Assembly (NCBI GenBank): GCA_902617715.1
Contig: CACMXS010000005.1
Coordinates: 489-64,488 of the forward strand
From: an uncultured Pelagibacteraceae bacterium
GTDB taxonomy: Bacteria; Pseudomonadota; Alphaproteobacteria; Pelagibacterales; Pelagibacteraceae
Reading direction: 5' to 3'
Length of the DNA stretch: 64,000 bases
The notes under the pieces were generated by a model. It had not been told where the DNA came from. It was given only the letters and a program-made list of their open reading frames with translations, and did not search any database. Of this stretch, positions 10,190 through 17,540 are shown one piece after another. The stretch's first letter is position 1; every line of letters begins with the position of its first letter. The position numbers and the translations under genes are program-made.

Positions 10190-11872
10190 TTAAGAAATTT
10201 TAAGACCTGCAATTAATTTTTTATTTATATTTCTAATCATTTCTTCCTCAACATCCTCCATTTCAAGAACATTTTTCCAAAAATATCTGGCTTGAATTTT
10301 TCTATTTAATTTCCATAAAATGTCACCATAATGATCGTTAACAATAGGATCATAAGGCATCATTTCTACTGCACGCTTTAAATATTTTTCCGCTTCTTGA
10401 TAATCATCTATCAAATAATAAGCCCAACCAATAGAATCAATTATGTACGGATCCTCACTTTCCGCAGCATAGGCGGTTTTTAACATTTCCATGGCTTCTT
10501 CAATTTTATATTCTCTTTCTAACCATGAATATGCTAAGTAATTCAGAACGTACGCATCATCAGGATTTATATTTAAAGACTCAATTAAATCTTTATCCGC
10601 ATTCAAATAATCTCCAGTTCTCTCATAACTGCCACCCCTTCTATAAAGGATATCTGATTTTATTTCTGAGTTTTCATCCAAATTTTCAATGACTTCTGAA
10701 TAATATTTTATAGCTGTTTTATAATCTTTTGATCTTTTATAAAAATTAGCTAAATCAAAAGTCATTTTATTATTTGGTTTTTCAATTTTTTCATACTCTG
10801 AGATAATAAATTTAAGTGACTCTTTTTTATTTCTTTGAGCTGAAATAATTTGAGCTTCTTTTTTTTTTCGACTCCAATAATAAAAATTATCTTCTTTTTT
10901 AAAATTTCTTAAAATTTTTTTTGCTTTTTCATAATCTTTATTAAGATAATAATTTTCTACTACCAATGAAAGATTATAAATGAATTTTGAATTTAAAAAA
11001 TTTGATAAATATAAATAAAAATTTGATCTTTCAAAGGTATCTTCTGATGAATAAAGATTCGAAATTAAAAATAAAAACTCACTTAAAATATGATTATGAT
11101 TTTGGCATGAAAATACTTGAATAAATTTTTGAAAATTTTCTTTATCAATCCAACTTTTACCTTGAGACAAAAGTAATGTTGAATTTATATAATTAATATT
11201 ATTTGATACAGCCTTTGCCTCTGTAATTCTTTTATTCTGAATTAGATAAGTGATATAAAAGTATATGTATCTTGAATAATCAGCATTGTTCTTATTTATT
11301 AAATTCAGAAAATAATTTTCTGTTTTTGTGTCGTCTAGGTAACATCTTTGAAATGTTTCAGCTATCGCAGATAAAGTTCCAAAATTTTTTTTATTTTCAA
11401 TTAATTTTTTTTCTTTAAAAACAAAATTATATTGTTTTAAAGTTTCTATTATAGCAGTATTAAATCTATCATTTTTTGAAAAAATAGCTGCTTTCTCTAA
11501 GTATAGTTCAACCTGATCGAAGTTATTACTTTTAAAACTATCAATAATTAATAACAAATAGGCATCAAAAAAATCTGTATTTGATCCCCTTAAATTATTT
11601 TTAACAACATTTATTGCTTTAGGAATTTTGTTTTCCAAAACCAAAGTTGTTATATATCTTTTTAAAAATAAATTGTGTTCTTTAAGTAAAATTTTGGATG
11701 ATTCAAAAAACTTTAATGAATCTGAATTATGTCTATTTTCAAGTGCAACTATTCCTGAGAAATAGTCAGAAAAATTTTTTGAATTAAAATTATCAAAACT
11801 TGTATTTTTAGAATATAAAGGAGTTTGATATAATAATATAATTAAAATAATTTTTATAATTTTATCAAACAT
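10190..11872 (-). CDS. Exported tetratricopeptide-repeat protein
   Basis: Signal peptide; C-terminal TPRs (LNYLAYSW, IIDSIGWAYY, DHYGDILW); usual position upstream of ispE. Confidence 0.88.
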   Translation of the reverse strand: MFDKIIKIILIILLYQTPLYSKNTSFDNFNSKNFSDYFSGIVALENRHNSDSLKFFESSKILLKEHNLFLKRYITTLVLENKIPKAINVVKNNLRGSNTDFFDAYLLLIIDSFKSNNFDQVELYLEKAAIFSKNDRFNTAIIETLKQYNFVFKEKKLIENKKNFGTLSAIAETFQRCYLDDTKTENYFLNLINKNNADYSRYIYFYITYLIQNKRITEAKAVSNNINYINSTLLLSQGKSWIDKENFQKFIQVFSCQNHNHILSEFLFLISNLYSSEDTFERSNFYLYLSNFLNSKFIYNLSLVVENYYLNKDYEKAKKILRNFKKEDNFYYWSRKKKEAQIISAQRNKKESLKFIISEYEKIEKPNNKMTFDLANFYKRSKDYKTAIKYYSEVIENLDENSEIKSDILYRRGGSYERTGDYLNADKDLIESLNINPDDAYVLNYLAYSWLEREYKIEEAMEMLKTAYAAESEDPYIIDSIGWAYYLIDDYQEAEKYLKRAVEMMPYDPIVNDHYGDILWKLNRKIQARYFWKNVLEMEDVEEEMIRNINKKLIAGLKIS

Positions 11873-11882
11873 ATTGCATTTT

Positions 11883-12602
11883 ATGTCTAAAAAAGAATTA
11901 AATCAAAATGACAAAATCAAACCAGATTTAATTGATACTTTTGAGCCTGATTTTATCTTTAGCAATAAACCCTTAAATAGATTAAAAATCTCCAATTCAG
12001 ATGAAGCTAAAAATATTCTCAATAAAGCTGAAAAATTATCAGAGTTAAAAAAAAAAATTAATTCAATTGAGAATTGTAATTTAAAAAACAATTCTAAAAA
12101 TCTCATTCTTGGTGATGGGAATGTAAATAGTCCAATTATGCTAATTGGTGAAGCTCCCGGTTCAGATGAAGATTTATCAAGTTTAGTATTTCAGGGTGAA
12201 GTTGGTAAACTTTTAAAAAAAATGTTGATTGCTATTAACATCAAAATAGAAAATGTTTATTTATCATATTCTGTCAACTTTCGACCTCCTGAAGATAGAA
12301 AGCCCACAACTGAAGAAATAAAACGCTATTCAACATTCTTAAAAGAACATGTGTCAATAATTAATCCTAAAATTATAATTTTAATGGGAAGTACAGCAAT
12401 GGAGTCTCTTACTGGAATAAACAATAAAATTTCAAGTGAGAGAGGTAATTGGAAAGAAATAATTATTGAGAATAAAACCTATCCTTTGATGATAACATTT
12501 AGCCCCTCATATTTAATTAGATTTCCTGAAAATAAGAAATATTCTTGGGAAGACTTAAAAAAAATTAAACAAAAAATCAAAGATCTTAATATAAAAGTTT
12601 GA
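11883..12602 (+). CDS. Uracil-DNA glycosylase family 4-like protein (divergent active site)
   Basis: IGEAPG motif A, FRPPEDRKP, SPSYLIR motif B. ATG at 11883 preferred over TTG at 11874. Confidence 0.85.
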   Translation: MSKKELNQNDKIKPDLIDTFEPDFIFSNKPLNRLKISNSDEAKNILNKAEKLSELKKKINSIENCNLKNNSKNLILGDGNVNSPIMLIGEAPGSDEDLSSLVFQGEVGKLLKKMLIAINIKIENVYLSYSVNFRPPEDRKPTTEEIKRYSTFLKEHVSIINPKIIILMGSTAMESLTGINNKISSERGNWKEIIIENKTYPLMITFSPSYLIRFPENKKYSWEDLKKIKQKIKDLNIKV

Positions 12603-13162
12603 TGAAAATAATTGCTGGAGTTGACGAAGTTGGTCGAGGGAGTTTAATAGGACCAGTATACGCAGCCGCAGTAATATTAAACAAATCAATTAACAAAAAA
12701 ATATTAAAAGATTCAAAGAAATTAAGTAAATCTCAGCGTGAAATTTTAGCGAAATATATTAAAAAAAACTCTATATGGGCCACTGGCAAAGCTACTGTTA
12801 AAGAAATTGAAAAAATAAATATATTACAAGCAAGTTTGCTTGCTATGAAAAGAGCAATTATAAAGTTGAAAAAAAAACCCTCTCTTGTCTTAGTAGATGG
12901 AAACAAATTGCCGAATATTAAAAATTATAAGATTAATTTTGTAATCAAAGGAGATCAAAAAATACCATCAATTTCTGCGGCATCTATAATTGCAAAAGTT
13001 ACTCGAGATAAAATTATCTCAAATTTAGGCAAAAACTTTAAAGACTACAATTGGAACAAAAATTATGGTTACGGTACGAAACAACACATAAAAGCGATCA
13101 AAAGATTAGGAATAACGCCTCATCATAGGAAAACTTTTTCACCTATTAATAAATTGAGATAG
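12602..13162 (+). CDS. rnhB: Ribonuclease HII
   Basis: GVDEVGRG, DSKKL, DGN, SISAASIIAKVTRD, GYGT, HRKTF; TGATG overlap with upstream stop. Confidence 0.97.
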   Translation: MKIIAGVDEVGRGSLIGPVYAAAVILNKSINKKILKDSKKLSKSQREILAKYIKKNSIWATGKATVKEIEKINILQASLLAMKRAIIKLKKKPSLVLVDGNKLPNIKNYKINFVIKGDQKIPSISAASIIAKVTRDKIISNLGKNFKDYNWNKNYGYGTKQHIKAIKRLGITPHHRKTFSPINKLR

Positions 13163-13239
13163 GTTTCACGTAGAAACACAAGATCTTGTTGTTTTATAAA
13201 GATCCTACACAAATCGAATTCAAATAATTCAATCGTAGG

Positions 13240-13268
13240 TTGACCCAAGAATCTTTTTGGAGTCTAAT
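13240..13268 (+). promoter_or_regulatory. Putative sigma70-type promoter of ccrM containing two GANTC sites
   Basis: TTGACC (13240-13245), 17-nt spacer, TCTAAT (13263-13268); GAATC at 13249-13253 and GAGTC at 13260-13264. Confidence 0.6.
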
Positions 13269-13281
13269 TTATTTTTAAAAA

Positions 13282-14361
13282 ATGAATTTAGATCTAAAAA
13301 ATAAATTAATTAATGGAGATAGTTTACAAGAACTAAAAAAAATTCCAGACGAAACAGTAGATTTAATTTTTGCAGACCCACCTTATAACTTGCAATTAAA
13401 AAGTGAACTTACAAGACCAGATAGATCAAAAGTTAGTGCTGTAAATGATAAATGGGATCAATTTGAAAATTTTAAAAAATATGATGATTTCTTATATTCA
13501 TGGTTAACTGAATGTAAAAGAATTTTAAAAAAAAATGGAGCTATTTGGGTAATTGGTAGTTATCACAATATTTTTAGAGTTGGAACAGCAATTCAAAATT
13601 TAGGTTTTTGGATTTTAAATGATGTTATTTGGAACAAAAAAAATCCTATGCCAAATTTCAGGGGAACACGTTTTACAAATGCTCATGAAACTTTGATCTG
13701 GGCATCTAAATCTGAGAAATCAAAATACACATTTAACTATCAATCCTTAAAATGTTTAAATGATGATCTTCAAATGAGATCTAACTGGGAAATACCGATT
13801 TGTAACGGCTCAGAGAGGCTTAAAAAAAATGGTAAAAAAATACATTCTACACAAAAACCAGAGGCTCTACTTCACAGAATTTTGTTAGCAACCTCAAATA
13901 AAGATGATTTAATTTTAGACCCTTTTTTAGGATCTGGGACTACAGCAACAGTTGCAAAAAAATTGGGAAGAAACTTTTATGGAATTGAGAAGGAAAAAAA
14001 CTATTTTAAAGCTGCAGAACAAAGAATAAAAAGAACAATTCCAATAGAGGATGATTATTTAGATACTCTTCAAAACAATAGATCTAAACCAAGGATTCCT
14101 TTTGGCTCATTAGTTGAAATGGGAATAATTAAACCTGGCACCACTATTTTTGACAATAAAATGAAAATTAGTGCAAAAATTATGGCTGATGGCAGCATTA
14201 AACATGCTCAAACAGAGGGCTCAATTCACAAAGTTGCTGCTGCAATTTTAGGCGCTGAAAGTTGTAATGGGTGGACTTATTGGCATTATAAATTGGGTAG
14301 TTCTTTTGTGCCAATAGATAATTTAAGACAAAAATTCCTTGATGATAAAAATCATCTATAA
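13282..14361 (+). CDS. ccrM: Cell-cycle-regulated adenine DNA methyltransferase CcrM (GANTC)
   Basis: Beta-class order [10 protein letters not shown] ... [10 protein letters not shown] ... [10 protein letters not shown]; [21 protein letters not shown]; C-terminal GSIHKVAA...CNGWTYW domain; follows rnhB; no cognate REase nearby. Confidence 0.95.
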   Translation: MNLDLKNKLINGDSLQELKKIPDETVDLIFADPPYNLQLKSELTRPDRSKVSAVNDKWDQFENFKKYDDFLYSWLTECKRILKKNGAIWVIGSYHNIFRVGTAIQNLGFWILNDVIWNKKNPMPNFRGTRFTNAHETLIWASKSEKSKYTFNYQSLKCLNDDLQMRSNWEIPICNGSERLKKNGKKIHSTQKPEALLHRILLATSNKDDLILDPFLGSGTTATVAKKLGRNFYGIEKEKNYFKAAEQRIKRTIPIEDDYLDTLQNNRSKPRIPFGSLVEMGIIKPGTTIFDNKMKISAKIMADGSIKHAQTEGSIHKVAAAILGAESCNGWTYWHYKLGSSFVPIDNLRQKFLDDKNHL

Positions 14362-15491
14362 ATTTTACCCAAATAACTTTCTAAAAACTTTTTATTTTTT
14401 ACTAATCTTTTCAAGAAAATATCTCTTAAAAATGTAGTTAAAGGATTAGATAGATGGAATGCAAATTGATTAAATTTTGATCTGTTATTAACCATTCTAA
14501 TTTTACTAACTCTATTTTTAAGATAACTATTTTCTGATTTGTTTTCTATACTTTTGAATAATTCATAGGCTCCCTCTATTGACTGTGATGCACCCTGGGC
14601 AAATGATGGAGGAAAAGCAAAAAGGGCATCTCCTATAAAATGAATATTATCATTTTTTAATTTAAAAAAATTATTACTGACAAATACTGGGAATATCTTT
14701 AATTGCTTAATTTCATTTATAAATTCTCTCATTTCTAATGGGATATCATCTAAAATTTTTTTTATAAAATTATCATCATTAAATAATAAGTGATTTTTTT
14801 GCTCATTTGTTGAAAGATCATATTTCAATATCGCTATAAAATTTAAATCACCACTAGGATTAACTGGATAAATTACCTGATGAAAATTAGAACCTAAAAA
14901 CAAGGAAATACCTTTACAGTCAATTTTTTCAGTATTAGGTAACATACCTCTAATAGCTAAGGTTTTATTAAACCTTGGTTGATTTTGATTATTTGAGATA
15001 AGACTTTTGCTTTTTGAAAAAACTCCATCTGAGATTATTAAGTAATCACATTCATAAACTTCATTGTTTTCAAAAGTAAGTTTAATCTTTTGATTTTCTT
15101 GATCTATCTTCGAAATATTATGATTAGTTTTTATTAAGTCTCCTAAATCTATCTTTAAAAAATTTACTAAGTCAGACCTTTTCAAAGTAGTATATTTGCA
15201 GTCTTGTGAGTTAAAGTCAGAAATACCCAAATCACATATTTTATTTGAGCTTTTGACAGAATAGAAATTTATTTTATCTGGATTGAACTTTTTATTATCT
15301 TTCAATTTATTAAATCCAATTTGATTCAACAGTCTCACACTATTAACTGATAATTGAATTCCATAACCTTCTTCTAAATTAATTGAGTTGTTTTTTTCAA
15401 AAACTGAAATTTGATAATTTGGATTTCTTTTAAATAAGTTAGCAATAAATAGTCCTGAAATACCAGCTCCAATAATGCCAACCTTATTCAT
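14352..15491 (-). CDS. FAD-dependent monooxygenase (salicylate hydroxylase-like)
   Basis: GAGISG, GYGIQLS, ISDG, IGDA...[12 protein letters not shown]. Confidence 0.85.
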   Translation of the reverse strand: MNKVGIIGAGISGLFIANLFKRNPNYQISVFEKNNSINLEEGYGIQLSVNSVRLLNQIGFNKLKDNKKFNPDKINFYSVKSSNKICDLGISDFNSQDCKYTTLKRSDLVNFLKIDLGDLIKTNHNISKIDQENQKIKLTFENNEVYECDYLIISDGVFSKSKSLISNNQNQPRFNKTLAIRGMLPNTEKIDCKGISLFLGSNFHQVIYPVNPSGDLNFIAILKYDLSTNEQKNHLLFNDDNFIKKILDDIPLEMREFINEIKQLKIFPVFVSNNFFKLKNDNIHFIGDALFAFPPSFAQGASQSIEGAYELFKSIENKSENSYLKNRVSKIRMVNNRSKFNQFAFHLSNPLTTFLRDIFLKRLVKNKKFLESYLGKIYR

Positions 15492-16471
15492 TAATCTTTC
15501 TCTAAATATTGAACAACTTTTTTCGTAAATGTAGGCAACATATAACTATCCAATTTTTTTTTATCCAGCCAATAATAAGATGAAAATTTTTGATTATCTT
15601 TTGAATATTGAATTTTTATATTCATGTTCATATTGGACATCTTAATATTTAAATTTTCATCAAAATTTTTAGGATTAGATAATTCCTTCATAGGAAATAT
15701 AGATAAATTTTTCAAAAAGTTAAATTTAGTGTTTTTAATTAATAAATATTTTTGATTTTTTTTATAAACCTTGAGTATAAAATATTTTTCTTTATTTTTC
15801 TTTATTCTTTTAGTTAAGCTAAAATCTTTATTTATAAAAGATTTACAATTTATTTTTATAGGGCACTCATCACATCTTGGATTACTTGGTTTACATATTA
15901 AGGCTCCTAATTCCATTAAAGCTTGAGCATAATCACTAGATCTTGAACTAGCTCCAAATATAATTTTTTTTTGCAAGAGATTATCTTTCTGAATTTCTTT
16001 CTTTTTTTTTAGATAAAGATATCTTTTTAAAACTCTCTCAATATTTCCATCTAACGGAATATAAGGTTTGTTGAATGCAATGGCTAAAATTGCATTTGCA
16101 GTATAATTTCCTACACCTGGAAGTGTTAATAAATCCTTTAAATTATTAGGCAGTTTTCCTTCAAAATTTTCAATGATAGCTTGTGCAGTTTTTTTTAGAT
16201 TTCTTACTCTAGAGTAGTACCCAAGGCCTTGCCAAAGTTTTATTAATTTTTTCTCATTAGCTTTTGCAAGAGAATTTATTGAGGGTAAATTTTTAATAAA
16301 TCTATTAAAAAAAGGAATTACAGTTGTCACTTGAGTTTGTTGCAGCATAAATTCGCTTATTAATGTGTAATATTGTTTTTTTTCTAAAGAAACCTTTTTT
16401 CTCCATGGCAATAATCTTTTATTTAAATCGTACCATTTAAGAATTTTTTTTGTTATTATCTTTTCTTTCAT
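15491..16471 (-). CDS. mutY: A/G-specific adenine glycosylase MutY
   Basis: LPWR, SEFMLQQT, WQGLGYYSR, HhH LPGVGNYTA, DGN, 4Fe-4S motif CxxxxxxCxxCxxxxxC. ATG at 16471 preferred because the longer ORF overlaps the divergent gene. Confidence 0.94.
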   Translation of the reverse strand: MKEKIITKKILKWYDLNKRLLPWRKKVSLEKKQYYTLISEFMLQQTQVTTVIPFFNRFIKNLPSINSLAKANEKKLIKLWQGLGYYSRVRNLKKTAQAIIENFEGKLPNNLKDLLTLPGVGNYTANAILAIAFNKPYIPLDGNIERVLKRYLYLKKKKEIQKDNLLQKKIIFGASSRSSDYAQALMELGALICKPSNPRCDECPIKINCKSFINKDFSLTKRIKKNKEKYFILKVYKKNQKYLLIKNTKFNFLKNLSIFPMKELSNPKNFDENLNIKMSNMNMNIKIQYSKDNQKFSSYYWLDKKKLDSYMLPTFTKKVVQYLEKD

Positions 16472-16960
16472 ATGCAATACAAAAATAATACTAAGCAGAG
16501 ATTTAATACCATTCAAGGTTTAAGATCCCTAAAGGACACTTTGCCAAAAAATATTAAGAAAGTAATTAATAACAGAGGTCATATTTATTCAGAAACATTA
16601 AATAACTGGAAACTTATTGCTGGAGAAAGTCTTTTTAAAGTTTGTTATCCAAAATCATTTAAAAATTCAAATAAATTTGGAGTTAGCACTTTATTAGTAA
16701 TGGTTAAAAGAGGTCATGAGGTAGATCTTGAATATTCAAAAAAAGAAATTATGGATAGAATGAATAATTTTTTTGAAAAGGCAGTCGTAGAAAAAATTAA
16801 ATTTACAACATTCGAAGGAGATCCAAAAGATACTATGGAAATTGGATCTTCAAAGAATAATGTGACAAATTATAAATACCAAAATAAAATTGATAATGTT
16901 AAAAATGAGAAAATTAAGAAATCTTTATTAGAATTAACAAAAGTATTTAAAGAAAAATGA
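16472..16960 (+). CDS. DUF721/DciA-family protein (replicative helicase loader-like)
   Basis: NWKLIAG...CYPK...LLVMV...IMDRMNNFF...VEKIKF pattern; conserved mutY/DUF721-DsbA-smc arrangement of alphaproteobacteria. Confidence 0.72.
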   Translation: MQYKNNTKQRFNTIQGLRSLKDTLPKNIKKVINNRGHIYSETLNNWKLIAGESLFKVCYPKSFKNSNKFGVSTLLVMVKRGHEVDLEYSKKEIMDRMNNFFEKAVVEKIKFTTFEGDPKDTMEIGSSKNNVTNYKYQNKIDNVKNEKIKKSLLELTKVFKEK

Positions 16961-17532
16961 AAAAACTTTGCTTATCAATATTTATTTTTTGTGCAATTGC
17001 TTTTAATTCAAATGCTGAAACCGTTCGCATTACTTCAGGAAAAGAGAATGCTAGAATTACGATTATAGCGTATGAGTCATTAACCTGTAGTCACTGTTCA
17101 GATTTTCATAGAAATGTTTATCCTAAACTTAAAAAAGATTTCATAGATACAGGATTGGCTAAAATAGAATTTAGACACTTTCCATTAGATGTAGCAGCTT
17201 TTAATGCAGCAAAAATTGCTCAATGTAAAAGTGATCAAAGTTTGGAGATTTTAGAAAGCCTTTATTTAAATCAACAAGAATGGATAAAAGGAAGCACAAT
17301 TGAGGATGTTAATAACAATCTAAAAAAATATTTGAAAAATAAAGGTTTTAAAATTAATTTTGAAGAATGTATAAACGACAAACTGATTGAAGATTTTGTT
17401 TTAAATGATCGAATCGAAGGAACTAAAAACTTCGATGTAAATGCTACTCCTACGATAATTATTAATGACAAAAAGTTTGAAAAATCCCTTAATTACAAAA
17501 ATTTAAAAAAATCATTAGAAAAACTGATATAA
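16957..17532 (+). CDS. DsbA-family thiol:disulfide oxidoreductase
   Basis: Signal peptide, YESLTCSHC, FRHFPLD, ATPTIIIN. Confidence 0.9.
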   Translation: MKKLCLSIFIFCAIAFNSNAETVRITSGKENARITIIAYESLTCSHCSDFHRNVYPKLKKDFIDTGLAKIEFRHFPLDVAAFNAAKIAQCKSDQSLEILESLYLNQQEWIKGSTIEDVNNNLKKYLKNKGFKINFEECINDKLIEDFVLNDRIEGTKNFDVNATPTIIINDKKFEKSLNYKNLKKSLEKLI

Positions 17533-17540
17533 GTTAACTT

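Noticed and set aside
13282-14361. Methyltransferase as part of a restriction-modification or defence island
   Set aside because: Sequence motifs and rnhB linkage identify the orphan housekeeping CcrM; no endonuclease or mobility genes are nearby.
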